From: a virus
Lineage: Duplodnaviria > Caudoviricetes
Direction: 5' to 3' (one strand)
DNA length: 55,866 nt
Virus record (IMG/VR): IMGVR_UViG_3300033417_000010
Span: 1 to 55,866 of that record
Shown here: in pieces, positions 45,534 to 54,878 of the stretch
How the letters are laid out: each line of letters opens with the position of its first letter
Position numbering within the stretch: the first letter of the stretch is position 1
Made by a program: the position numbers and the translations under genes
Notes under the pieces: model-generated
Databases searched by the model: none
Told to the model about the DNA's origin: nothing
What the model saw: the letters and a program-made list of their open reading frames with translations, nothing else

Positions 45534-46871
45534 TCAGACCAGCCGCTTCTGACCGTCTTCGTCCGTCGCGCCGTCCAGCTGCGCACTGATGCCCGCGGCC
45601 CACTCGTTCAGCTGCTTCAGCGTCAGCTCGCGGAACGAACGGTCGTAGAGCTTGAACGCCATCTGGTCGAGCTGGCCGCCGCCCATCAGCTCGACGCCAT
45701 CGCGCACCTTCGCGCGCGCCGGCTCGAGCAGCGCGTCCATCGCCCTGCCATATTCGGCTGCGCCCCACTGCTTCGTGGACTCACCGAGGCCCTGGTCCAC
45801 CTGCCACTTCTTCCGGGCCGAGTCCTTCTCGATGCCCGCGTCACGCAACGTCGCGAAGTACGCCTTCCGGGCGTCGGACACGTCGAACGGCGGAGCTGCC
45901 GGAGTGGTCGTCGCGTCCTCTGTCGGCAGGGACTGCGCACCGTTCGAAGTCGTCGCCTTCGGCTCGCCGGACCCGGACTGCACGGCCTGGCCGTTGGCGA
46001 TCTGTCGCTGCTCGGCACGATCCTCACGAATGATGGTGAACTCGGCCTCGATCGCCTGTTCCGCCTTCGTGATCTGCTTGTCGTACTCCTGCATCCAGGC
46101 CGAGAACGACTTCACGGCGGCGCGGCGCAGCGACCGCGTGCGAGCTGTCTTCGCCGGCTCGTTGTTGCCGATCGGGTCCGAGTCGTACGTGGTGCCATCC
46201 CGCTTCTTCCCGGGCGGACGCCCGCCGGCCCAGTTGCACTCCGGCACGGCAACGATGTACCGATCGATATTCGTGATCGCACCGCTTCGGATCGCATCGA
46301 GCGGGGTCGCGTCGATGAACTTGAAGATCGTCGTCTGCACCACGACCTGAGCCCACTCGGGAGCGCTCCACTGTGCTCGGGCGAGCGCGACGTCGTCGGC
46401 CTCCTCCTCGAGGTCGAGCGCCTTCGCGAGTCGCTGCGCCTTCTCCGGACCCTCGATCGAGGCAGCGATATCGCGGTGCCGTGCCGCTCGGTCGCGTATC
46501 GCCTGCTCAACGGATGGCGACAGGTCGCGCTGTTCGAAGTGGTGGAAGTCGGGCCGCGTGTTGATCAGATCCGACCAGTAATTGCTGTTCAGATACGGCC
46601 GGTTGCCGAGAATGTCGACGTGATAGAGCGGGTTCGCCCGCGTGGTCGCGCAGAATTCCGCGAGGACTGCGCGCGTCATGGGTGAGAACGATGCGCCCTG
46701 CACCGTCTGGCTGCCCGATCCCCAGGTGAGCCCGGAGATCTGCGCGTCGAGCTTCGCGATCTCCTTGCGGTGCGCGACGAGGGCCGTTCCGCGCTTGCGG
46801 ATCTGCTCGATCTCCGCATCTGTCGGAGGCTGCTGTACGTCCTGGCGGGCCACCGCTGTGCCGTTCGTCAT
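45534..46871 (-). CDS. Putative single-strand annealing (RecT/Redbeta-like) protein
   Basis: ANPL..VDILG..PYLN, KTARTRSLRRA..KSF pattern; adjacent to SbcCD. Confidence 0.5.
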   Translation of the reverse strand: MTNGTAVARQDVQQPPTDAEIEQIRKRGTALVAHRKEIAKLDAQISGLTWGSGSQTVQGASFSPMTRAVLAEFCATTRANPLYHVDILGNRPYLNSNYWSDLINTRPDFHHFEQRDLSPSVEQAIRDRAARHRDIAASIEGPEKAQRLAKALDLEEEADDVALARAQWSAPEWAQVVVQTTIFKFIDATPLDAIRSGAITNIDRYIVAVPECNWAGGRPPGKKRDGTTYDSDPIGNNEPAKTARTRSLRRAAVKSFSAWMQEYDKQITKAEQAIEAEFTIIREDRAEQRQIANGQAVQSGSGEPKATTSNGAQSLPTEDATTTPAAPPFDVSDARKAYFATLRDAGIEKDSARKKWQVDQGLGESTKQWGAAEYGRAMDALLEPARAKVRDGVELMGGGQLDQMAFKLYDRSFRELTLKQLNEWAAGISAQLDGATDEDGQKRLV

Positions 46872-47035
46872 GTCGTCCTCCCGGCGGTGAACCCGCCCCG
46901 GATCTGCTGCGTGCGCGGGCTCCTGAATACCAGGATCCACACCCTTCTTGCCTTCCGCGTCATCGTCTGCCACCTTTCGTCTCACCTGAGTTCGTACCTG
47001 CGCCGTCATCGGTTACCGCCGGTGGCGGCGCGCTG

Positions 47036-47287
47036 TCATCCTGCACGTTCAGCGACCATCGGCCGGTCACGACGGCTCCAATCCGTATCCCACGGAGCAG
47101 CGCTCCGGACTTCCTCCACCTTCGCGTCGAATCGACGGGCGGCCTCGTTGAATCGGTTCCGCGCCGCCGTTGTCTCGCGACTGGCGTCCCTCTCCCTCTC
47201 GATCGCGTCCTCCAGTTCCGCGCGCCTCGCCTGCACATCTGCGTGCAGCTCCTCGAGCGTCGCGGCCCCCTCGTTCTTGTCCGTCAT
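47036..47287 (-). CDS. Small coiled-coil protein flanked by 18-bp direct repeats
   Basis: GGGAG RBS; MTDKNEG start. Confidence 0.6.
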   Translation of the reverse strand: MTDKNEGAATLEELHADVQARRAELEDAIERERDASRETTAARNRFNEAARRFDAKVEEVRSAAPWDTDWSRRDRPMVAERAG

Positions 47288-47582
47288 TCGTCGATCTCCC
47301 TTGATGCGCGCTGTCATCCTGCATGGCTGTCCTGGCCGCCTCGATCGCCTTCGTGAGCGTCGGGAACGGACCCTTCCAGGTCGGCCACCACTGTCCGGGT
47401 GGCACCCACCACCATCCTGCGCCGCCCTTCTCGATCTCGCCGTCCGTCGGATGCCACCAGTATCCGACTGTCACCCGGACCCACTCGCCGCGCCGTTGAC
47501 TGTCGCCCCGCGCCCGCGCCACCGGAGAACCCTCGGGCTCCGGTTGTGAACGGCGATCCACGCACGGACGCGGGACAGTCAT
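47067..47582 (-). CDS. Trp-rich hypothetical protein (3' end uncertain)
   Basis: GYWWHP..GWWW..GPFPTLTKAIEAA. Confidence 0.45.
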   Translation of the reverse strand: MTVPRPCVDRRSQPEPEGSPVARARGDSQRRGEWVRVTVGYWWHPTDGEIEKGGAGWWWVPPGQWWPTWKGPFPTLTKAIEAARTAMQDDSAHQGRSTNDGQERGGRDARGAARRCAGEARGTGGRDREGEGRQSRDNGGAEPIQRGRPSIRREGGGSPERCSVGYGLEPS

Positions 47583-47794
47583 CAGAAGTCCTCTATCGCC
47601 ACGACGGGCGTGGCATCGATGTCGGCATTCACCCACCGCATGCGCCCCCTGAACATCTCGGCCTCTACGCTATGGACGTACCGGCGCACGACACTGCGCG
47701 GCCGGATCGGGTCGCGTTCTGTCGCGATCGCGACCACGACTTCACAGTCCTTCGGGTGGTCGCTCAGATGCCGGATCAACTCGCCGACAGTCAT
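47582..47794 (-). CDS. Small phage protein (MTVGELI..L..HP.D.EV type)
   Basis: Common phage N-terminal pattern; GAAGGA RBS. Confidence 0.6.
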   Translation of the reverse strand: MTVGELIRHLSDHPKDCEVVVAIATERDPIRPRSVVRRYVHSVEAEMFRGRMRWVNADIDATPVVAIEDF

Positions 47795-47951
47795 CGGTCC
47801 TTCCGTCCTTTCCGTGCCGCTCGCCGTCCCGCCCTCGCGAGCTTCCGGCGCCGACGCGCGTGCAGGTAGCGGCGATCGTCGGTGTAGTTGTTGCCGTCGT
47901 AGCGGCCAGCCGGCCGGCCCGACTTGCGACACGACCGCCTCGCGTGCGCCA

Positions 47952-48119
47952 TCAGCTCAGCTCGTTCTGCCGGATCCGCTCCAGCCGCTCGAGCGTGATC
48001 GCTCGCGACCGTGGATCGATCGGCGTCGGCCAGAGTTCCTCCTCGTACGGCGCGCGCCGGACGATCAGCCCGAACACGAAGCCACACGCCAGCAGTCCGA
48101 TCCCGATCAGCCAGCCCAT
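47952..48119 (-). CDS. Small TM protein
   Basis: GGAGG RBS; hydrophobic N-terminus. Confidence 0.5.
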   Translation of the reverse strand: MGWLIGIGLLACGFVFGLIVRRAPYEEELWPTPIDPRSRAITLERLERIRQNELS

Positions 48120-48379
48120 CCGTCCCTCCTGGACTCGCGTTGCCATGCCTCCCGATCCTCCCGCACCCGTCGATTCACGTCTCTCGTCACCGCGTCCCAC
48201 GCCGCGTCGAGGTTCTGCTCGGCAGCTCGCTGTTCCTCGCGGTCGTACAGGCGGTAGAACGCGGCTCGCATGCGCCGCTCGAATGCCCTCCGGTTCTGCC
48301 GCGCGACGATCCGGTCGAGGACCAGCATCAGCGCGGCGGCGAGAACCGCGAACAGCGCGAGGGCGGCGAAGGTGGTCAT
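48107..48379 (-). CDS. Small TM protein
   Basis: Hydrophobic N-terminus; coupled start. Confidence 0.55.
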   Translation of the reverse strand: MTTFAALALFAVLAAALMLVLDRIVARQNRRAFERRMRAAFYRLYDREEQRAAEQNLDAAWDAVTRDVNRRVREDREAWQRESRRDGWAG

Positions 48380-49023
48380 ACGGCCACGCGGAAAGTCAGA
48401 GCCCAGACCCACGGATTGCTGTCCCACGGCGCGCGCTTGCCGTTGATGGAGTCCCACGCGAGGCTGAACGCCATGAGCGGGTCGAACACGGCGATCTCGG
48501 CAGGCTCGCCGTTTAGTGTGCCCGGGCCGTGCATTGGCAGCGCCCCCTCTGCCAGCGCGTCATCCTTGCTAATGCTCCGCAGCCGCTCGACCCGAACGTC
48601 CGTGATCTCCAGCGTCAGTCTGGACGCCCATCGCGGCATGTGGATCGGGGACCGCCAGCGGGTGAAGGCAATGCCACCGTCCGCCCTGTATGCGCGATGG
48701 TGCATCGCCAGTGACGCCGATCGGCTCATGGAGGGAACGCCTGCGCGGATGTCGAACGTCTCGCGCACCCACAGACGGTCACCCGGCTGGCCGTGAGGAT
48801 TGCGGCTCCCGAATGCGTTCGGCTCCCCGTCTATGTCCCAGACCGGCCGCACCGTCCCGTCCGGATAGTGCTGCATCCGGTCCAGCAGGACATCGGTATG
48901 ACTGACACCGTTCGGCAGCTTCACGACTCGGCGCGTCTGAGTCTTGCGACCGTCGAGGATCGCCCGGACGGACTCGGCCCGCATGATGATCGGTCGTTCG
49001 CGCACGGTCGTTGCTGTGGTCAT
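48376..49023 (-). CDS. ASCH/PUA-like phage protein
   Basis: VRAILDGRKTQTRR, GDRLWVRETF, SPIHMPRWASR..LEITDVRVERL, WDSNPWVW motifs. Confidence 0.8.
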   Translation of the reverse strand: MTTATTVRERPIIMRAESVRAILDGRKTQTRRVVKLPNGVSHTDVLLDRMQHYPDGTVRPVWDIDGEPNAFGSRNPHGQPGDRLWVRETFDIRAGVPSMSRSASLAMHHRAYRADGGIAFTRWRSPIHMPRWASRLTLEITDVRVERLRSISKDDALAEGALPMHGPGTLNGEPAEIAVFDPLMAFSLAWDSINGKRAPWDSNPWVWALTFRVAV

Positions 49024-49502
49024 CGCCCCGCCCGTGCTGCCGCGATCTCGGCCACCCGCATCCGCGCCCGCGCGAGCTGCGCCGCCGCCATCCAGGGCCG
49101 ATAGTCGCCGGTCATGTGCGCCCGGCTTTCTTCCAGATCCTCGGCCGTGTCGGCTTCCTGCTGCGCGAGCATCGCGGTCCGCAGACAGAGCGGCGTCTGT
49201 GCGCGCTCGGCCTCCAGTCGGTCGAACACGGCGTCCACCCATTCGCGCGCCTGCGTCAGCTCGTCCAGCTCGAGCGCCGCCAGCCACGCGGGCAACTGGC
49301 CAAACGGCCCGCCGCTCCCGTTCTCCGCCTTCGATAGCGCGTGCGGCTTCACGTACGGCTGATAGACGCGGGCCTTGCGAGCGAACACACGCCTCACGAG
49401 CGCGGGCGCGTCGTCCCGAATCGATACCGCAAGGTCAAACATGTCGCGGCGGAATCGCTTTACGTGGCCGCTCCGATAGGACTGATTATTCGACATGGAC
49501 AC
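49020..49502 (-). CDS. Hypothetical helical protein (possible regulator)
   Basis: 160 aa; coupled to neighbours. Confidence 0.55.
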   Translation of the reverse strand: MSMSNNQSYRSGHVKRFRRDMFDLAVSIRDDAPALVRRVFARKARVYQPYVKPHALSKAENGSGGPFGQLPAWLAALELDELTQAREWVDAVFDRLEAERAQTPLCLRTAMLAQQEADTAEDLEESRAHMTGDYRPWMAAAQLARARMRVAEIAAARAGR

Positions 49503-50543
49503 TCTCCGTCTCTGGAGTCGTGGCGTCCCTGCCGTTCTTGTCCGTCCGTGGCGTCGTCACTGTCGTGTGCTCGCCGCAGCGCGCACAGCGCATCGTGACG
49601 GCGGTTGTCTCGATCTGGCCCGGCCGACGGAACACCGGGCCGACGATGCTCGCGACGATGCGCTGGTCCGCGAGCGGGTGAGGGCACGGTCCGACACATC
49701 GCTCGTGTACAGTGTCAGCGAGGTCAGGCGGCTCGATCAGGTGCAGGCAGATCGCGCAGCGCATCTATCGGCCCTCCGCGTCATCGGATCGCACCGGCAC
49801 TCCGGGCACCAGCGCGAACTTCAGGATGTCGAACACCTGCATCGCCTTGCGCCGCGCCGCGTGGTCGGCTGCGAGCAACCTGCGCACACGGACCGGATCG
49901 ACCATGTCCGTCGTTGGGAGGTGCCCAACCCACGACACTGCGTTCTCATCCCATGCAGTCGCCGAATTACGCCGCACCGCCATCACTCCCTCCACAGCGC
50001 GAGCCGGAACGCTTCCGCGCGGCCACGTCCGAGCGTCCGCCACTGCCGGTACCCGGGCCGGTTCCAGATCCCGGCGACGACGAGCATGCCGATCAGCATC
50101 AGGGCGGTGACGGCGAGCGCGAGAGCCATGTCAGGCATCGCCTTCGCTGACGTTGTCGCGGAGCCACCGCGCGAAGAACTTCGCCCACTTCCAGCCGGCT
50201 TGCGGATCTCGTTCGGCGAACGCGTCCATTTCCGCATCGGTCAGCGTCTCGAACTCGACCGACTGCCATTTCCCCTCACGCTGGATCCGCACGTACGCGC
50301 CGGTCACGCTGCACCTCTTTCGCGGTCGCGCTGGCAGAACGTCATCTCGTCGAGCACCTGCGCCTTCACGGCCTCGGGCACGGCGCGCTCGCGGACCCAC
50401 GCGGCCCACTGCTCATCGTCGAACGTGAGCACGTCGGCCAGGCGGAACCCCTCGGCCCACAGACGGCCGAACAGGTGCGTCGCGAGGACGTCATCGGCGA
50501 TCTCGGCTCGCGAGCGGCGGCGGTCGGCGAGCACGTCAGGCAT
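49486..50543 (-). other. Run of five small coupled early ORFs (49486-49764, 49765-49983, 49983-50138, 50131-50307, 50304-50543)
   Basis: Overlapping start/stop codons and RBSs; no functions recognised. Confidence 0.5.
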
Positions 50544-51426
50544 TGCGTCCCACCGCGATCATGCGGTCCAGCAGATCCAGCGCAGATCCCTGCAACTCGG
50601 TGACGGTCGGGCGCAGCGCGGCCCCTGCGGCGTCCCCTGCGGCGGCCCGTGCGGCGGCCCGTGCGGCGGCCCCTGCGGCGGCCCCTGCGGCGGCCCCTGC
50701 GGCGGCCCATGCGGCGTCCCCTGCGGCGGCCCCTGCGGCGGCCCATGCGGCGTCCCATGCGGCGTCCCATGCGGCGTCCCCTGCGGCGGCCCCTGCGGCG
50801 GCCCATGCGGCGTCCCATGCGGCGTCCCATGCGGCGTCCCCTGCGGCGTCCCATGCGGCGGCCCCTGCGGCGGCCCCTGCGGCGGCCCCTGCGGCGGCCC
50901 CTGCGGCGTCCCGTGCGGCGTCCCGTGCGGCGTCCCCTGCGGCGGCTGCACGCCTCCGTCCGTCCTCGATCATGGGTTGCGTCGCCAGCGCGGCCTCAGC
51001 CGACAGCACGGCTGGCGCACGACTGAGGGCATCCGCGATGTCGGTCTCGCCGATCAGGCGCAGCCACGCGGGAGCATGCGCGCGCACCACCCAGTCGAGC
51101 GCCAGCCATGCGCGTCGTTCTTCGTCCTCTGTGCCGGTGGCCGTGCACAGGATGCGCGGCGCGTACGGCCGCAGCTTCTGGCGCTGGTCGTCATCCCACG
51201 CGTCGTTCAGCCCGATCACGTACGACCGGATCACGCGGGAGATCGACGGGTGGTCGTCGGCGAATGGCGCAGGCTCCAGCGGGCATTGCGGCATCAGTTC
51301 CGGCGCACAGCTCACCCGGCCGGCCGCGATCAGGTTGCTGACCTCGACAGCGCAGGCCTCGCCGGCAAAGGAGGCCCCGTGGCAGCCGTGCGCGAGCATG
51401 ATCTCGTCCAGCAGCAACGTCGTCAT
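50536..51426 (-). CDS. Ala-rich AA(G/W/R)(A/D) repeat protein
   Basis: Globular N-domain (ACAVE..FADDHP..LND..RQKL) plus 27 tetrapeptide repeats. Confidence 0.8.
   Translation of the reverse strand: MTTLLLDEIMLAHGCHGASFAGEACAVEVSNLIAAGRVSCAPELMPQCPLEPAPFADDHPSISRVIRSYVIGLNDAWDDDQRQKLRPYAPRILCTATGTEDEERRAWLALDWVVRAHAPAWLRLIGETDIADALSRAPAVLSAEAALATQPMIEDGRRRAAAAGDAARDAARDAAGAAAGAAAGAAAGAAAWDAAGDAAWDAAWDAAWAAAGAAAGDAAWDAAWDAAWAAAGAAAGDAAWAAAGAAAGAAAGAAARAAARAAAGDAAGAALRPTVTELQGSALDLLDRMIAVGRNA
50620..50943. repeat. 27 x 12-bp tandem repeat G(G/T)CCC(C/A/G)TGCGGC
   Basis: Read directly; only two positions vary per unit. Confidence 0.9.
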
Positions 51427-51460
51427 CGGCTTCCTTTCGCGCGGCGGTCGGTGAGGGTGG

Positions 51461-51898
51461 TCATGCGGCGGGCTCGCTCTCCGCGGCATCGTCGTACAGC
51501 AGCCCTTCGAGACGCGCGTCACTCGGAACGCAGTGGTACCGCTGCCGACACTCGCGAGCGAGCGCGACGGCGACATCGCGGATGGCGTCCGACTGGTCGA
51601 GCCGGCCGAGAATGTTGATCTCGTACGCGGCGACATCCCACAGGTCCCGCTCGGCCCACAGCGGCGAACCAGCGTCGTCGGACTGTCCTGTCCGCCCCAT
51701 TCGTGGCAGGCCGGCTACGTCCTGCGAGCGCGCAAGCTCACTGAGTCGCTGGCGGGCGCTGGCCAGGATCGCACCGTCGTTGTGCTCGACAGTGAAAATG
51801 CCGCGCCCCACACACTCGGCCGCCCATGCGCGGATGCTCATCGGCCCGCGTTCCGCCATGACGGCTACGGCCGCCGCTTCGTCAAACAGCTTGCTCAT
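51461..51898 (-). CDS. Hypothetical protein
   Basis: Follows the ParB-like gene. Confidence 0.6.
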   Translation of the reverse strand: MSKLFDEAAAVAVMAERGPMSIRAWAAECVGRGIFTVEHNDGAILASARQRLSELARSQDVAGLPRMGRTGQSDDAGSPLWAERDLWDVAAYEINILGRLDQSDAIRDVAVALARECRQRYHCVPSDARLEGLLYDDAAESEPAA

Positions 51899-52829
51899 TG
51901 TCGGCCTGCTTGTTGAGGACGGTGACGACGTGACGGATGTCCTCGCGGGATCGGACCACGGCCGCGTAGTGCGGCTCGCCAACGTGGCGCAGCGCCTTCG
52001 ACAGCCTGTCGATCGAGGATTCGAGCAACGCGACGGCTGGATGCGGCATGGGAGGCGTTCCGGCGAGGTCGGTCAGCGCGCGCGACCACGATTGCGGATC
52101 GCCGGTTTCCGCCAGCGTGTAGATCCGCAGCCGTTCCTCTTGCGGCATTTCGACGAGCCGCCTCGACAGCTTCGCCACGATCGACGTGGAATTGCCCGCG
52201 CCTATGAGCCGCTGTGTGATTGCGTCGGCCCGCTCATGCTCATCCTCCGGCAGCGCCGCCACGGTTTCGGCGACCACTGCGCGGCGTCCGGCCTCGGGCA
52301 GCGTGAGCGTGCCCGCCTTCACCTGACCGTAAAGCTGTTCGTTGGACTCGCGGATCTTGCGCGCCTGACGCATCGATTCGCGGTTCGTGCCGAACGCCTC
52401 CGCGACCTTCTCATCCGCGCGCCCGGAAAGACCGACAATGTCTTGTCCATCTTTCGGTGTGGCGGGCCGGCCCGGTGCCGCTCGCTTGCCTGCGTTGGCC
52501 TTCCGCTCCCGCGCCTTCGCTCGCTCGCGCTCGATCATCTCATCGGCATCGGCCGCGCACGCAGCGCGCTGGTCCGGCGTCAGGTGGCGACGGTGGAGAT
52601 TCTGCGAACGGACGAACGCGACCGGATCGTCGCCGGGAAACTCGACGACATCGAGATCAACGCCCGCTGCGCGGCAGGCCCGGTAGCGGTTGCGGCCGTC
52701 GAGGATCAGGCCGTCGAGGACCACGATCGGATCGAGCAATCCGTTGACGCGGATGTCCTCGACCAACGCATCGAACCCCGCGCCCTCAAGCAGCGGGAAC
52801 AGGTTCGCGATCGGGTGGAAGTCCATCAT
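51882..52829 (-). CDS. ParB/Srx N-terminal domain protein
   Basis: HPIANLFPLL..LVEDIRVNGLLDPI..ILDGRNRYRAC..SQNLHRRHLT. Confidence 0.85.
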   Translation of the reverse strand: MMDFHPIANLFPLLEGAGFDALVEDIRVNGLLDPIVVLDGLILDGRNRYRACRAAGVDLDVVEFPGDDPVAFVRSQNLHRRHLTPDQRAACAADADEMIERERAKARERKANAGKRAAPGRPATPKDGQDIVGLSGRADEKVAEAFGTNRESMRQARKIRESNEQLYGQVKAGTLTLPEAGRRAVVAETVAALPEDEHERADAITQRLIGAGNSTSIVAKLSRRLVEMPQEERLRIYTLAETGDPQSWSRALTDLAGTPPMPHPAVALLESSIDRLSKALRHVGEPHYAAVVRSREDIRHVVTVLNKQADNEQAV

Positions 52830-53035
52830 GCGGCGGGCTCGGCTTCGGCGCCATCCGGGAACGAAACGCGGTACTCGGCGACGATGTCCTCGACGCGCTC
52901 GTTCGCGACCAAGTCCGACTGGCTGGTTCCGCGCATGGCGGCCACGACGCGAACGGCAACCTTCTCCTCGTCGGAGAGCAGCACCTTGACGTACGGTGCG
53001 TCCTTGGGTTGCGCCCTGGGGTCTTCCATGTGCAT
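52826..53035 (-). CDS. Small ribbon-helix-helix/Cro-position regulator
   Basis: YVKVLLSDEEK..V.V.AAMRGTSQSDLV pattern; first gene after a strong promoter. Confidence 0.6.
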   Translation of the reverse strand: MHMEDPRAQPKDAPYVKVLLSDEEKVAVRVVAAMRGTSQSDLVANERVEDIVAEYRVSFPDGAEAEPAA

Positions 53036-53089
53036 CCTGTCCGGTTATCGGTATCACGTAGCCACGGTGCCTTGCTGGCACCCGTACCA

Positions 53090-53118
53090 AGTATCGGCAC
53101 CATGTCCAGTCATGTCAA
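53090..53118 (-). promoter_or_regulatory. Sigma70-type early promoter TTGACA-17-GATACT
   Basis: Strong consensus match; palindrome GGTGCC-N5-GGCACC just downstream (53066-53082). Confidence 0.75.
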
Positions 53119-53146
53119 GGGTCGTGATGATTCCGTGGTCGACGAT

Positions 53147-53257
53147 TCGCGGATCAGCGAACGGGAAAACGGCCGGTACGTTCCGGAGGGGACCAACATC
53201 CTGCGGCTCGTCGCAACGATCGAGCGCGCCGACTGGCACTACATTTTGACGGGCGAG
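53147..53257 (+). pseudogene. Remnant of XRE/CI-like repressor HTH
   Basis: SRISERENGRYVP..NILRL..DWHYILTGE resembles XRE helices 3-5; helices 1-2 and any C-domain are missing. Confidence 0.5.
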
Positions 53258-53279
53258 CGGGCACCGACCGGCGGGATGA

Positions 53280-53480
53280 CTACTCGACCAGCTCCCACAC
53301 GCCAGTCTCGAGAGCGCGTGCGATGGCCTCCTGCTCGCGCCAGCGCACGGGTCGCTCGCCCGCCTCGACCTGCGACACCGTCTGTCGCGCCCAGCCGAGC
53401 CGGCGGCCCAGCTCGGCCTGGCTGATCCCGGCCCGCTCGCGCAGGACGCGAATCCGCTCGCCAATCTCAGGATCCGTCAT
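53280..53480 (-). CDS. XRE-family HTH regulator (66 aa)
   Basis: IGERIR.LRERAGISQAELG..QTVSQVEAGER..IARAL. Confidence 0.9.
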   Translation of the reverse strand: MTDPEIGERIRVLRERAGISQAELGRRLGWARQTVSQVEAGERPVRWREQEAIARALETGVWELVE

Positions 53481-53518
53481 GCCTCCATGGTAGCACGACC
53501 GGCGGCGTCAAGCAACAC

Positions 53519-53547
53519 TTGACACCCGGACCGGCATCCGCTATATT
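53519..53547 (+). promoter_or_regulatory. Sigma70-type promoter TTGACA-17-TATATT
   Basis: Near-consensus match upstream of the plus-strand operon. Confidence 0.75.
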
Positions 53548-53608
53548 ACCTGTGTGCGGGAGAGACAGCCCGCCACCCGATTCCACTCTCTCACGAGGAT
53601 GGCCCGAA

Positions 53609-53941
53609 ATGACAATCACCATCGAAATCCTGAGTCAGCCCAGCAAGTCCAAGGGGTGGGCACGCTACCAGGTCCGTCGTGCGGACGGCTCCCCAGTAGT
53701 CGAGAGCAACACCGGCAACCCGTGGGTGTCGGCCGGCCACAGTGGCGAGACCGAGGACGGCGCCGCCATGACGCTGGTCATGGACGTGATGCTCCGCGTC
53801 GGCAAGGGCCGTTTCGCCCGCGAGGAGCGCAGCCAGTCGGAGGCCGAGCTGGTCGCCGCCGCTGGCGAGACGTGCGAAGTCGAGTATCGGCCGGGCTCGC
53901 AGGGGATCCGGCTCCGCATCACCGGCGCGCGGCGGGCGTAG
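53609..53941 (+). CDS. Hypothetical protein
   Basis: GAGGA RBS; first gene after the promoter. Confidence 0.65.
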   Translation: MTITIEILSQPSKSKGWARYQVRRADGSPVVESNTGNPWVSAGHSGETEDGAAMTLVMDVMLRVGKGRFAREERSQSEAELVAAAGETCEVEYRPGSQGIRLRITGARRA

Positions 53942-54015
53942 CGCCGAGTTTCCCGGCCGCTGGCACAGGGCCGGCCCCATTGAACGAACCGATCACCAAC
54001 CGAGAGAGGGCAACG

Positions 54016-54294
54016 ATGACCGCAACCGAATACACCGTGACTCGCGAAGAGCGCATCCGGACTCACAGCCACGGCGTAGTCACCGTGGACGCGGCCGGAC
54101 AGGCCAAGGCCCGTCCCGTACTAGCGCTCCGCTCACCGGATGGCGCTCTGGTCCGCGACTACGCCATCCGCGAGCGCTCCAAGGCCGACCGCGACGCACG
54201 AGAACTGGCGGCCCGAGATGAGCGTATCCGCCGTGACCACCTTCCGGGTTGGGTCGACTGTCGCTGCCCGGCATGCGCCCGAGAGGAGACCTGA
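54016..54294 (+). CDS. Hypothetical protein
   Basis: GAGAGGG RBS; C-terminal CRCPAC. Confidence 0.6.
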   Translation: MTATEYTVTREERIRTHSHGVVTVDAAGQAKARPVLALRSPDGALVRDYAIRERSKADRDARELAARDERIRRDHLPGWVDCRCPACAREET

Positions 54295-54297
54295 CCA

Positions 54298-54516
54298 TTG
54301 GACACCGCACACGAGATCGACCGGACGGCCACCACGCACGACGTCCATACCGTGATCTGGCAATCGCCCCGCGGCGGCCGGATCAGCACCTGCACCGCGT
54401 GCGAGCGCCGGCTGCGCGCCGCCGGCGAGTGGCCCAAGGACCGCCACGGCGAGGAGTACTGTCAGGTCCACCGGGGACGGGCTCCGGGCCACTGCGACTA
54501 CCGCGGTCGCCCATGA
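54298..54516 (+). CDS. Small Cys/His protein
   Basis: GAGGAG RBS; CxxC. Confidence 0.55.
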   Translation: MDTAHEIDRTATTHDVHTVIWQSPRGGRISTCTACERRLRAAGEWPKDRHGEEYCQVHRGRAPGHCDYRGRP

Positions 54517-54878
54517 GCCGGCGCGACGCGAAGGCGATAGCGGCCGTCCCGTGCCCCGTCTGTCCGGCGGAGGTCGGCGAGCCGTGCCGGCCGAGCAACG
54601 AGGCGGAAACCGCGACGTTCGCCGGCCGGCTCTGGGTGCACGGCAGCCGCCGCCAGGCGTGGCAGGAGCACCGTCGAGCACGCGGGGCAGACGTCTACGC
54701 CCAGCCCGACGGCGGCTCACCTGGCGGCCGTGGCGGCTGGCTGAGCGCGACGTCGCCGGCTGCGTACGAGGCGGCTATCGATCTTCCGGGCGCGAGCGTC
54801 GATCGCGACCATGTGCGGGTGAGGAACCTGCGGGCCGCGATCGACGCGCTCACGGCGGACGGCTGGGTGGTCGAATGA
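54513..54878 (+). CDS. Zn-finger protein (CPxC.A..GEPC..H..R)
   Basis: Phage zinc-finger motif; coupled start. Confidence 0.6.
   Translation: MSRRDAKAIAAVPCPVCPAEVGEPCRPSNEAETATFAGRLWVHGSRRQAWQEHRRARGADVYAQPDGGSPGGRGGWLSATSPAAYEAAIDLPGASVDRDHVRVRNLRAAIDALTADGWVVE

Noticed and set aside
50620-50943. Possible CRISPR array
   Set aside because: Contiguous 12-bp coding units with no spacers and no cas genes.
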